A stretch of DNA of 34,258 bases. Source: Thermodesulfovibrionia bacterium (lineage in GTDB: Bacteria; Nitrospirota; Thermodesulfovibrionia; JACRGW01). Where the stretch lies: NCBI GenBank assembly GCA_919902655.1, contig CAKKRL010000057.1, positions 7,356 through 41,613 of the forward strand, given 5' to 3'. Under the pieces are notes generated by a model. The model searched no databases. It was not told the origin of the DNA and saw nothing but the letters and a program-made list of their open reading frames with translations. Shown one piece after another: positions 22,743 through 32,011 of the stretch. How positions within the stretch are numbered: the stretch's first letter is position 1; each line of letters starts with the position of its first letter. The position numbers and the translations under genes were made by a program.

Positions 22743-23949
22743 AATTCACCTTTTTTAAAGTAATACATAAATGATTCCCGCCGGTAGAGAACCCATTGAC
22801 GAGGGCGGCTTCGATATTTTTCCTCCTCGATTCATTCGGCACGCAGTCGATATCACACTCAGGGTCAGGGTCTTTATAATTTATCGTCGGTGGGATTATA
22901 CCTTCTTTTACTGAAAGAGAAGCCACTGCCACCTTTATCCCGCCTGACGCCCCGATCTCGCCTATCATAGATTTTATAGAAGAAGCAGGTGGATGGCTAT
23001 TCCCAAATACTGACTTTACAGCTTTTGATTCAAGGGCATCGAGTAAGCTCGAAGAATCAGCAGAGGCTGAGATATAATCTATATCTTCAGGAACAAGTCC
23101 CCCGTTCTTTATCGCCCCTTCCATGGCCTTACAGAGACCGGTCGGTTCTTCGTCCCATCCGAGAAGTGGGGCGTGAGTGCCATAGAAACCAAAACCTGCG
23201 ATTTCTGCATACATCCTTGCATTTCTTTTTACAGCGTCTTCCATCCTCTCAAGTATTAAAAACCCTGCCCCTTCTCCGAGAATAATACCGTTCCTCCTCC
23301 TGTCATAAGGGCAGGATTGCTCGCTACCGGTTGCAAGGACATTGAGAATGTCATGGACCTGATAAAGGATCCAGCAGATCTCATCGCAGCCTCCGGTAAT
23401 AATAATATCCGCTTTTTTTCTACGTAAAAGATTATATCCGTAAAAAATTGCCTGTTCTGCCGACGACTGCTTATGGACGACTGTAACATTTGGCCCTTTA
23501 ATCTCGAGTTCAATGGCTATATAACTTGCAGGTGCGTTTGATACGGTATTAGGAAAGATAAAGGGATTTGCCCTCGAAGGACCGTAATCTACAAGTCCGT
23601 TGAGATATTGAGAGGTGCTTTTTAGGCTACCGTATGCTGTACCTATAACAACACCTGCCCTATCTTGCCAGGAAAATTCCTTAAGTCCTGCATCCTCTAA
23701 TGCAAGCCTTGCTCCTGCCACAGCAATATGGGAAAGCCTGTCCATCTTTCTTTCGTTCGATGAACTTATAAAATCTGAAGGATTAAATTCCCTGACCTCA
23801 GCACCCTTATGGGATGAGAACCTCGCTGTATCGAATGAACTTATCTCCCTTATCCCTGATATACCCTTAAGGGCATTCGCCCAGAAAGCTTCTTTTCCTA
23901 TCCCTATAGGGGTGATGAGACCTATTCCTGTTATGACTATTCTTTCCAT
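22729..23949 (-). CDS. Ketosynthase beta / chain-length-factor-like subunit (catalytic triad replaced)
   Basis: KAS fold (MERIVITGIGLITPIG). The active-site Cys position reads HKQSS (Cys to Gln). The two His positions read ASADSS and GEIGASGG. 13-nt overlap with the upstream KS gene. Confidence 0.85.
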   Translation of the reverse strand: MERIVITGIGLITPIGIGKEAFWANALKGISGIREISSFDTARFSSHKGAEVREFNPSDFISSSNERKMDRLSHIAVAGARLALEDAGLKEFSWQDRAGVVIGTAYGSLKSTSQYLNGLVDYGPSRANPFIFPNTVSNAPASYIAIELEIKGPNVTVVHKQSSAEQAIFYGYNLLRRKKADIIITGGCDEICWILYQVHDILNVLATGSEQSCPYDRRRNGIILGEGAGFLILERMEDAVKRNARMYAEIAGFGFYGTHAPLLGWDEEPTGLCKAMEGAIKNGGLVPEDIDYISASADSSSLLDALESKAVKSVFGNSHPPASSIKSMIGEIGASGGIKVAVASLSVKEGIIPPTINYKDPDPECDIDCVPNESRRKNIEAALVNGFSTGGNHLCITLKKVNCERF

Positions 23950-25205
23950 CTTCTAAAGACGAGACAGGCGTTATTTCCGCCAAAGGCAAATGAATTTGAG
24001 AGGGCAATATTTATATCCGCTTCCTTCGCTTTGTTTGCAACATAATCGAGATCACATTCAGGGTCTCTCGCAGAGTAATTTATTGTCGGAGGGATGATCC
24101 CATTATGTATAGAGAGAACAGATACTACGGCCTCTATTGCACCTGCAGCGCCGAGGGTGTGACCGACCATCGCCTTGATTGAACTTACAGGAACACCTGT
24201 ATCATTGCCGAGGACCGACTTTATGGCCCTTGTCTCCATAAGGTCATTGAGTGGCGTAGCTGTGCCGTGGGCATTTATATAATCTACATCTTTAGGTGTT
24301 ACTCCTGCATCTTCTAACGCATTCTTTATTGCCATGGCCGCGCCTTCTCCGTCTGGTAGAGGGGCTGTCATATGTCCTGCATCACAGCTTAACCCATAGC
24401 CTGAAAACTCTGCATAGATCCTTGCCCTCCTTTTGATTGCATGCCCGAGTTCCTCGAGTATAAGGAAGGCCGCCCCTTCTCCGAGGGAAAGACCGTTTCT
24501 TTTCATGTCGAAAGGTTTGCATGGTTCGGGGTCAACCAGTCTCAGGGAATTGAATCCGCTATATGTAAGCCTGCAGAGAGATTCTACGCCACCGGCCATC
24601 ATTGCATCCTGATAACCGAGTCTTATCATATCAAGGGCATGACCCAGTGCAACTGCACTCGAGGAGCAGGCTGTCATGATAGTTGTCCTTGGGCCTGTAA
24701 GACCCCAGTAACCTGCAATAAGATCAGCGGTTGTTGCAGGCTGTTGTGAGATAAGAATAGAAGGTTTTACCTTCTTCCTTTTATAGACACCCTCATAATA
24801 GACCTCTCCAGCAAGCATCCCTCCTACACCGACGCCTATACTGACACCCATATTTCGGAGTTCAAATCCCCCCTTACCCCCCTTTTCTAAAGGGGGGGTG
24901 GGGGGATTATGGGGGAAGATAGACGCATCTTCCATTGCCATCTTAGTTGCCAAAAGGCCAAGCCTGTCACTTCTCGAAAGTCTGTCTTTTCTGTATACTC
25001 CATGTCTGAAGTCTGATGTCTGAAAGTCAGGTATCTCTTTGACCTCTGCGGCTATATGTGTCCGATAATCCCTGTGGTCGAAAAGCCCGAATTCTTTTAT
25101 CCCGCATTTACCCTCTATGAGGCTATGCCAGAAATCGGTAAGGTTACTTCCTATTGCTGTGATAATACCAAGGCCAGTAATTACAACTCTGCGAGTATTA
25201 CTCAT
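23937..25205 (-). CDS. Beta-ketoacyl synthase (KAS II-like, catalytically complete KS-alpha)
   Basis: Cys-His-His triad contexts TACSSS, NAHGTATP and VGHTLGAAG. I prefer ATG 25205 (MSNTRRVVITGLG, 8-nt overlap with the upstream stop) over the track's GTG 25241. Confidence 0.9.
   Translation of the reverse strand: MSNTRRVVITGLGIITAIGSNLTDFWHSLIEGKCGIKEFGLFDHRDYRTHIAAEVKEIPDFQTSDFRHGVYRKDRLSRSDRLGLLATKMAMEDASIFPHNPPTPPLEKGGKGGFELRNMGVSIGVGVGGMLAGEVYYEGVYKRKKVKPSILISQQPATTADLIAGYWGLTGPRTTIMTACSSSAVALGHALDMIRLGYQDAMMAGGVESLCRLTYSGFNSLRLVDPEPCKPFDMKRNGLSLGEGAAFLILEELGHAIKRRARIYAEFSGYGLSCDAGHMTAPLPDGEGAAMAIKNALEDAGVTPKDVDYINAHGTATPLNDLMETRAIKSVLGNDTGVPVSSIKAMVGHTLGAAGAIEAVVSVLSIHNGIIPPTINYSARDPECDLDYVANKAKEADINIALSNSFAFGGNNACLVFRRWKE
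24864..24909. repeat. C-run/G-run palindromic element, copy 3 (inside the KS-alpha gene)
   Basis: AAATCCCCCCTTACCCCCCTTTTCTAAAGGGGGGGTGGGGGGATTA. Translated on the minus strand as NPPTPPLEKGGKGGFE. Confidence 0.8.
25004..25031. repeat. Heptamer tandem array GTCTGAA (3 good units plus 1 degenerate)
   Basis: gtctgaa gtctgat gtctgaa agtcagg. Translated on the minus strand as PDFQTSDFRH in the KS-alpha N-terminal region. Confidence 0.7.
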
Positions 25206-26226
25206 TCTTCCAGCAGGTGGGGTCTGATGCGAAAGGGTCACCTGTCATCTGATATGCTACTCCCCTGCATCCATAACAGGAAGGACTCAGGTTACAGTCC
25301 CTGCAGGGACCCTTAAGGTTCTCTTTTATGTTCCTTAGTCCCTTACGCAGCGATGAATTATTGAGGATCGAAGAGAGACTGTCATTCCTTATATTCCCTA
25401 TAGCGATATCAACTCCGGCACAGGGGTTAACATTACCGTTGGAGGTTATGAGACAGCTATAATAACACCTGTTACAGGTGAGTGCGGCTATCGGAGGTTT
25501 GGGTTCCCATTTGTATCCAAAATATTTCTTATCCATGTCCGAGAGTTTTTCAAAAAGCGCCTTGATCTCTTTTGGTGAAACCCAGAGGGAATTATTCCTT
25601 GCCCTCCCCTGCGGGGTAATGGTTTCAAAATATGGTATAATCCCCTTCTCCCTTGCCCACATCCATATATCAGGTAGTTCCTCTATGTTCTGGCGGCATA
25701 TTATCGTTTCCACACCGAGCTGGATTCCATTCTCGTGATAGCCCACATCGAGAAGTCTCTGGATACCCTCGGTTATCTTCTCGTATGTACCCTTAATCCC
25801 GCCTGCCAGATAGTCCTGTATCTCTTTATTAAAACTGTTAAGCTTTACACAGACAGAGACCTTATGGTCAGAAAGTTTCTTTGCCATTTTTCTGGATATA
25901 GCAGTTCCGTTTGTAAAAACAATAGTCGGGATATTTCTACCCTTCAGGTAAGCAGTTATTTTAAAGAAATCAGGATATATAAGTGGTTCACCTCCGCCTA
26001 CTATGCTCACCTTTTTAGCGCCGAGATCGACCGCCTGATCGATTACATCGAAGATCTCTTCAGTTGTCAACTCATTCTCTAAAGGCTCACCTCCATTTGT
26101 ATAACAGTATATACATCTGAGGTTACACCTCCTGCTCAGTTCGAGGTCGAGTGTGAGGAGCCTGCCATCCCTCATCGCCCTTTCTATCTCTTTCCAGTCA
26201 AGGTCAAGGCCATAGACCTTTTCCAT
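25198..26226 (-). CDS. Radical SAM enzyme with a SPASM-type C-terminal Cys-rich domain
   Basis: CX3CX2C motif in LSRRCNLRCIYCY. C-terminal clusters CNRCYYSCLITSNGNVNPC and GPCRDCNLSPSCYGCRG. Confidence 0.85.
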   Translation of the reverse strand: MEKVYGLDLDWKEIERAMRDGRLLTLDLELSRRCNLRCIYCYTNGGEPLENELTTEEIFDVIDQAVDLGAKKVSIVGGGEPLIYPDFFKITAYLKGRNIPTIVFTNGTAISRKMAKKLSDHKVSVCVKLNSFNKEIQDYLAGGIKGTYEKITEGIQRLLDVGYHENGIQLGVETIICRQNIEELPDIWMWAREKGIIPYFETITPQGRARNNSLWVSPKEIKALFEKLSDMDKKYFGYKWEPKPPIAALTCNRCYYSCLITSNGNVNPCAGVDIAIGNIRNDSLSSILNNSSLRKGLRNIKENLKGPCRDCNLSPSCYGCRGVAYQMTGDPFASDPTCWKNE

Positions 26227-27508
26227 TATCCCTCCTGTCGAAAAACCTTCTTGGCTTTCTGTCTCCCTCTTTATACTGCATGTCCCTTATCATCTCAGGG
26301 TCGTGGAGTGTTATCTCCGGGGTAACCCTTGCATGGGCATTGATCTTTTTCCCTATCTCTTTCCTGAATAACTCATCCCTTCTCCCGGAACCGACTCTCA
26401 CATGGAGTTTCTCACCGTGGTCATCGCCTATATACGCCTCGAGTACATAATTTACAACTTCAGGTATCCCGTTAAGGATGTCTTCAACCTGAGAAGGGTA
26501 GATTGCTGTCCCTTTCAGTTTTATTGCCTGTTTCTCCCTTCCGAGGATCGGTCCTATCCTCGGGGAGCTCCTTCCGCATTCACATTTTTCGTTTATCATA
26601 AAGGTAATATCCCCTGTCCTGTATCTAATAAGTGGCATTGCCTCTGTTCTGAAGGTAGTAACAGTTAGCTCCCCTGTTTCCCCTTCAGGCAGGACATTAC
26701 CCTTCTCATTTATAACCTCACAGTAAACAAGGTCGGGATGGATATGCCCTCCCCTCTTTACCTTACATTCGCACATCGATGTGGCAATCTCTGTATTCCC
26801 GTATGTAGAATAGAGATCGAGGTCCCAGATTTCCTGGATAGCCTTGCCGATATTATTCATGCTGAAATCCCTGTTCTTTATACTCTCTCCTATCAGGACA
26901 GCCTTCTTGAGGCCAAGGTCTTTAGGTCTAATGCCTTCATTTTCTGCCTCCTTAGACAAGGCGATAAGATATGTCGGTACACTCACTATTCCGTTCGGCC
27001 TAAGCTCCTTCATCACCTTAAGGTGCATCTTTGTGTTCTTCGTACCCACCCTTATAGCCTTTGCACCGAGCCCAGTTATTCCGAGGTAATATGCCATCCC
27101 TGCTATAAACATGCTGTCGAGGGTCACTGCAAGCTGAAAGGTATCCTGATCGGTTGCCCCTGCAGTAGTAAAACTTTTCATCTCGTTCTCCTTCAGGCGG
27201 ATAAGGTCATTTGATGAGAGGGCAATATATATCGGTGCACCAGTTGTCCCGCTGGTATTAACATATTCTACAACCCTCTTTTTAGGGACAGAGAGAAAGT
27301 CGTTATTTCTTTTTTGAAGATCTTCTTTTGTTGTAAATGGAAGGGATCCTATATTTTCAAGGGTAACATCACCTGGATCTATTTTACTAAGCCTCTCTTT
27401 ATAAAAAAGGGAGTTTTTCAGGATGTAATTCAGGGACTCTCTTAAAAGCTTTTCCTGTGCCTTCCTGATTTCTTCTTTGTTTTTAAATTCTAACTCGTCT
27501 ATTCTCAC
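26204..27508 (-). CDS. Phenylacetate-CoA-ligase / coenzyme F390 synthetase-family adenylate-forming enzyme
   Basis: P-loop-like motif NTSGTTGAPIY. YGNTE and RYRTGD motifs. 434 aa, the short ANL form typical of PaaK. Confidence 0.85.
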   Translation of the reverse strand: MRIDELEFKNKEEIRKAQEKLLRESLNYILKNSLFYKERLSKIDPGDVTLENIGSLPFTTKEDLQKRNNDFLSVPKKRVVEYVNTSGTTGAPIYIALSSNDLIRLKENEMKSFTTAGATDQDTFQLAVTLDSMFIAGMAYYLGITGLGAKAIRVGTKNTKMHLKVMKELRPNGIVSVPTYLIALSKEAENEGIRPKDLGLKKAVLIGESIKNRDFSMNNIGKAIQEIWDLDLYSTYGNTEIATSMCECKVKRGGHIHPDLVYCEVINEKGNVLPEGETGELTVTTFRTEAMPLIRYRTGDITFMINEKCECGRSSPRIGPILGREKQAIKLKGTAIYPSQVEDILNGIPEVVNYVLEAYIGDDHGEKLHVRVGSGRRDELFRKEIGKKINAHARVTPEITLHDPEMIRDMQYKEGDRKPRRFFDRRDNGKGLWP

Positions 27509-29880
27509 GGCCTTTTAAGGATAAGAAAGGATGATTTTTTAGTATAGCAGAGGCTCAGTATTCCTACAACAGAAAATTTCTCTTTCCATAGGGATGCCGC
27601 AGCAACAGAGAGAGGCCCGTGCGCCCCGAAGGTCTCACCCAGAAGTGGTTTCAGATATACAAGAGAAGGGTTATGCCTGAATATAGAACCTATAGCCTTC
27701 TGCTCGATCCTGTCTATAAAAGTAGAGTTGGCGCTCAGAAACAGGGCATCTATACTTTCCGGGTTGCATCCTGCCTCTCCGAGGGCATCCTCGATAGATC
27801 TCGTTATTGCCCTATTAAAATCCCTGTTACAGGAGAATCCGTATCCTATGACCTCGGCATAGATCCCTGCACCCCTTTTAAGGGCACCGGAGATATCTTC
27901 AATTATAAAAAAAGAAGCCCCCTCTCCCGGGATAAATCCATTATCTTCAAAGGGTACTATATCCCTGCTCTTTGAGAGCGACTTCAGCCTGCTCAGGCAT
28001 TTATGGAGTATCTCCCCGTATGCGTCAACCCCTCCTGCAAGGATAGCATCGGCATGTCTCTTCCTGAGCGTAAGTGATCCCAGACCTATTGCATCGAGGC
28101 CGGAAGTCCAGCCAGAACTCATGGTCAGGTTCACCCCTTTCATCTTAAACTCTATAGCAAGCTCCCCTGTAGCAGCACTCGGAATTGTGTAGGGGAAAAG
28201 AAAGGGGCTCACCCCCTCCGGCCCCAGTAGGAGCAGATCCCTGTAAAACCTCTCGTTTGTTATGAGGCTACCGTATGCCGTACCCAGGACTATACCGTTT
28301 CTTTCACCATCAGGGGTTAATCCTGAATCTGTTATTGCGAGGTGAGAACCTATCATAGCAAGGCTGGAGACCCTGTCGAGCCTCCTGAACCTGTCAGCCT
28401 GTGCGACTTCCTGTTCCTTTCCATATCGGGTTTCGTTTAAATTGGCGGCGAGCCATTCATCAGGGATAATGTCTTTTATCTCTGAAGAGAACAAATATTG
28501 ATAAGGCGATGGGTCGAATGAACCTATTTCAGAAATACCTGACTTTTTATTTTGAAGACCCTTACAGAAATCATCCTTACCAATACCAACTGGCGAAACA
28601 ACACCTATGCCTGTAATTACTGGCCTCCTGCTCCCCCTCACCATTCCTCTCCCCTTAGGGGAGAGGGCGGGGGTGAGGGGGCATTTACTCAAAATAACTG
28701 CCGCATTATTCCCTCCAAAGGCCGAGGATGTAGACAGGGAGATATCAACTTCTGCCTTTCTCGGTTTGTTAGGTATATAGTCAAGGTCACATTCAGGGTC
28801 GGTTTCATTATAGTTTGCCGTCTGTGGCAGCAATCCCCTTTTCATAGCAAGTATAACCATTATAGCCTCAAGCGCACCTGAGGCACCGAGACAGTGCCCT
28901 GTAAGTGATTTTATAGAATTTACAGGAATCCTGTAGGCACCCTTTCCGAAGACCTTTTTAAAGGCGAGGGTCTCCATCCTGTCATTATAGAGCGTACCAG
29001 TTCCGTGGGCGCTTATGAACCCGATATTGTCTTTACCTGCATTACTATCACTTATCGCCATCCTGATTGCCCTCGCAAGGCCTGAGCCGTCCCTCGATGG
29101 ACCTGTCATATGCTCTGCATCAGAGCTCAAGCCATAACCAAGTACCTCTGCCCATATCTCTGCACCCCTTTTTTTAGCATTGGAGAGTTCTTCGAGTATA
29201 AGGAAACCTGCGCCTTCACCGAGTGCAAGGCCTGTCCTGTCCCTGTCAAAGGGTCTCACGGGTTCATCAGTTGTAGCTCTCAGGATATCAAACCCGCTGA
29301 ATACAAAGGGAGAAAGGACATCCACGCCCCCACAGATCATAATATCTGCCCTCCTGTCTCTGATAATCTCAAGACCGAGGCCTATCGCCCCTGTCCCGGA
29401 GGCACAGGCGATAGAGAGTGTGATATTTATTCCAGAGAGTCCGAAATGTTTTGCTATCTCTGATGAAGGGCCATAGTAAGGGGACTGGAGTATCAACCTT
29501 AAGGGATCATCGCCTCTGGCATGAACCGTATGGCTCATGCCTCTGTAATATTTCTCTCCTGATGACATGCCTCCGAGGGAAGTGCCGAGGACTATGCCGA
29601 TATCATTTTTTGACGGGTCTAATCTGGAGGATCTAAGTGCCTCTTCTATTGCGGTGATCGCATACCGGGAGGCCATGCTGTACCTCGTGGTGAGACTGCC
29701 GAACCATCCGGAGAGACCCTTTATCTCTGCTGCCTTTCTGCAGCGGTATCCGTTTGTATCAAAACCCCCGATCTCCTTTATCCCTGTCTTGCTGTCTATC
29801 AAGGCATCCCAGAAATTATCGAGGCCGATACCAATGGCAGAGACAACTCCCATCCCTGTAATTACAACTCTTTTATTCAT
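27505..29880 (-). CDS. Fused ketosynthase didomain: KS-alpha (complete triad) + KS-beta-like (triad lost)
   Basis: N-terminal domain: IACASG, SAHGTGT, TGHCLGASG. C-terminal domain: the Cys position reads SSGWTSG, and the His positions read SANSTF and GETFGAHG. The domains are joined by CPLTPALSPKGRGMVRGS, which is encoded by a palindromic repeat. Confidence 0.85.
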   Translation of the reverse strand: MNKRVVITGMGVVSAIGIGLDNFWDALIDSKTGIKEIGGFDTNGYRCRKAAEIKGLSGWFGSLTTRYSMASRYAITAIEEALRSSRLDPSKNDIGIVLGTSLGGMSSGEKYYRGMSHTVHARGDDPLRLILQSPYYGPSSEIAKHFGLSGINITLSIACASGTGAIGLGLEIIRDRRADIMICGGVDVLSPFVFSGFDILRATTDEPVRPFDRDRTGLALGEGAGFLILEELSNAKKRGAEIWAEVLGYGLSSDAEHMTGPSRDGSGLARAIRMAISDSNAGKDNIGFISAHGTGTLYNDRMETLAFKKVFGKGAYRIPVNSIKSLTGHCLGASGALEAIMVILAMKRGLLPQTANYNETDPECDLDYIPNKPRKAEVDISLSTSSAFGGNNAAVILSKCPLTPALSPKGRGMVRGSRRPVITGIGVVSPVGIGKDDFCKGLQNKKSGISEIGSFDPSPYQYLFSSEIKDIIPDEWLAANLNETRYGKEQEVAQADRFRRLDRVSSLAMIGSHLAITDSGLTPDGERNGIVLGTAYGSLITNERFYRDLLLLGPEGVSPFLFPYTIPSAATGELAIEFKMKGVNLTMSSGWTSGLDAIGLGSLTLRKRHADAILAGGVDAYGEILHKCLSRLKSLSKSRDIVPFEDNGFIPGEGASFFIIEDISGALKRGAGIYAEVIGYGFSCNRDFNRAITRSIEDALGEAGCNPESIDALFLSANSTFIDRIEQKAIGSIFRHNPSLVYLKPLLGETFGAHGPLSVAAASLWKEKFSVVGILSLCYTKKSSFLILKRP
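28633..28681. repeat. GC-rich nested palindrome (second subfamily) forming the KS-KS linker
   Basis: CCCCCTCACC ATT CCTCTCCCC TTA GGGGAGAGG GCG GGGTGAGGGGG, with both outer and inner arms complementary. Confidence 0.8.
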
Positions 29881-29907
29881 CGAGATGCCTGTGGCTAAAC
29901 CTCCAGC

Positions 29908-30708
29908 TTAACGTTGTCTCACTGCTTCATAAAGGCAGATAGCAGCAGAGGCAGCGACATTAAGACTTTCTGCCTTTCCTATGATTGGAACCTTAAGAAT
30001 AGAATCAGCATTCCTTTTCATTTGATTGCTAACACCGTGAGCCTCATTCCCGAAGACAAAGGCAACAGCATTTTTAAGGTTTGCATCAAATAAAGATACC
30101 TTAGCATCCACATCAGTAACGATCAGGGGTATTTTCTCCGAGGTCAGCCATTTGAGCAGGGCGTCGGTTTCTGCATGGATAACCGGTATATTAAAGATAC
30201 TTCCGGCAGTCGCCCTTATAGTTTTCTGCATAAAGGGATCGCATGTGCCTTTAAGGATTATCACAGCATCTGCACCGGCTGCATCAGAAGTCCTGATGAT
30301 TGTGCCGAGGTTTCCAGGTTCCTGAACACCATCGATTACCACGATAAGAGTGACCGATCTGAATCTTATCTCCCTGAGATTTCTATGTGTATAAGATGCT
30401 ATCGCAATTATACCCTGAGGGGTTTCTGTATCCGTGAGTTTATTAAGTATCCGGTCTGTAACTTCAAATATCTCAAAAGTCTTTTTCAAAATCTCCCTTA
30501 AGAGCCTTTGCCCTTCCTTTTTTGCTGAGAATGAAGATGTAAAAAATGCCTTCTTTACCGGGCTTCCCGATGCCAGAGCCATCTCAACAAGATGAGGGCC
30601 TTCAATGATAAACGCCTTTTCCCTGTATCTGTCCCTTTTATTCTTTATATCAAACGCTTCCTTGATTTTTGGGTTCGAGAGACTTGTAATTATTCTGATT
30701 GCTTCCAT
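29908..30708 (-). CDS. TrmH/SpoU-family RNA 2'-O-methyltransferase (RlmB-like, with N-terminal substrate-binding domain)
   Basis: SPOUT motifs NLGTIIRTSDAAGAD, VFGNEAHGVS and ESLNVAASAAICLYE. Confidence 0.85.
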   Translation of the reverse strand: MEAIRIITSLSNPKIKEAFDIKNKRDRYREKAFIIEGPHLVEMALASGSPVKKAFFTSSFSAKKEGQRLLREILKKTFEIFEVTDRILNKLTDTETPQGIIAIASYTHRNLREIRFRSVTLIVVIDGVQEPGNLGTIIRTSDAAGADAVIILKGTCDPFMQKTIRATAGSIFNIPVIHAETDALLKWLTSEKIPLIVTDVDAKVSLFDANLKNAVAFVFGNEAHGVSNQMKRNADSILKVPIIGKAESLNVAASAAICLYEAVRQR

Positions 30709-30718
30709 AATTAAATCC

Positions 30719-32011
30719 TTATCGCCTTATGGTCCTTGACCATGCAGACCTCAGGCTCAGGTTCATTGGTAAGAAGATCTGTAGTCCCCTCATAAAACCA
30801 AAGAGCCTCTTCCCGATTGAAGGCAAGGAGTAGAACTCCTTATATGCAATTTCATGGCCTATCCGGAGCTCCTCTGGTGTCATCCCTTTGGGCCTGAATA
30901 CTACATGGTCCATGTCGTAGAAAGACCAGTCCTTTGTGAGTATCCTCCCTTCTCCCTCTAACTTTTTAAATATCTTTGTCCCGGGGAAGGGCGTGAGTAC
31001 AGCGAAGATGATAGCATCGAGCTTTACCTTCTGGACAAAGGTGAGGGTTTTATCGAAGATGGATACATCGTCATCGTCATAGCCGAAGATAAAGGAACCC
31101 TGTATCCTTATACCGTGGTCATGTATCTTATTAATTATATCTTCATAATGGGCTACCCTGTTAAACCTTTTGTTCATCCTGTTAAGGGTCTCCTGGTTAA
31201 GGCTTTCAAAACCCATAAAAAGGCCATAACATCCACTCTCAGCGCAGCTCTTGAGAAGCCCATCATCATGTGCTATAGTTGTGGATGCCTGGCTCATCCA
31301 TTTAATCCTATATTCCTTAAACAGACCGAAGAGTTTGAGGGCATACCTCCTGTCCCCGACTATATTGTCATCCACAACGAATATATACCTCCCCCTCCAG
31401 CCTTTCTGCTCGAGGGACACGATCTCCTTTTCCACATCTTCTAACGGTCTCTGGCGGAAGGACTTTCCATGAAAGGCCGTTACAGAGCAGAACTCACAGT
31501 CAAAGGGACAACCCCTTGTAGTCTGAATGGTATTGTATAAAAGATATTTGTCTCTGTTCAGCAGGTCCCTCCTCGGTACAGGGATATTAGAGATGTTTGA
31601 CAAACCGGGCGCCCTGTAGATTTTTTTTATGTTTCCGCTCTTATAATCCTCAAGGATCCCTGCCCATACACCTTCTGCCTCACCTATAACCACAGAGTCT
31701 GCATGTTCGGATGCCTCTTCAGAAAGCCATGTGGGGTGGTAGCCACCGAGGACTACTTTTACATCCCTTTCCCTGAAGGTGTCCGCAATTTCATAAGCCC
31801 GCGGTGCAAGGGGAGTTATTGAAGATATTGCAACAAGGTCAGGCCGTGAATCAAAATCTATCGGATCAATATTTTCATCAACTATCCTGAGATCAAATTC
31901 AGAAGGTGTGAGCCCGGCCAGGAGAGGTACCGAAAGATAAGGGAATCGGAATGTCGCCTTTCCCCAAAGGCTGAAGGAAGGCCATTTAGGGATTATGAAG
32001 AGGATCTTCAT
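30719..32011 (-). CDS. B12-binding-domain radical SAM enzyme
   Basis: MKILFIIPKW...VVLGGYHPTW cobalamin-domain pattern. Radical SAM motif TTRGCPFDCEFC. 430 aa. Confidence 0.85.
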   Translation of the reverse strand: MKILFIIPKWPSFSLWGKATFRFPYLSVPLLAGLTPSEFDLRIVDENIDPIDFDSRPDLVAISSITPLAPRAYEIADTFRERDVKVVLGGYHPTWLSEEASEHADSVVIGEAEGVWAGILEDYKSGNIKKIYRAPGLSNISNIPVPRRDLLNRDKYLLYNTIQTTRGCPFDCEFCSVTAFHGKSFRQRPLEDVEKEIVSLEQKGWRGRYIFVVDDNIVGDRRYALKLFGLFKEYRIKWMSQASTTIAHDDGLLKSCAESGCYGLFMGFESLNQETLNRMNKRFNRVAHYEDIINKIHDHGIRIQGSFIFGYDDDDVSIFDKTLTFVQKVKLDAIIFAVLTPFPGTKIFKKLEGEGRILTKDWSFYDMDHVVFRPKGMTPEELRIGHEIAYKEFYSLPSIGKRLFGFMRGLQIFLPMNLSLRSAWSRTIRR

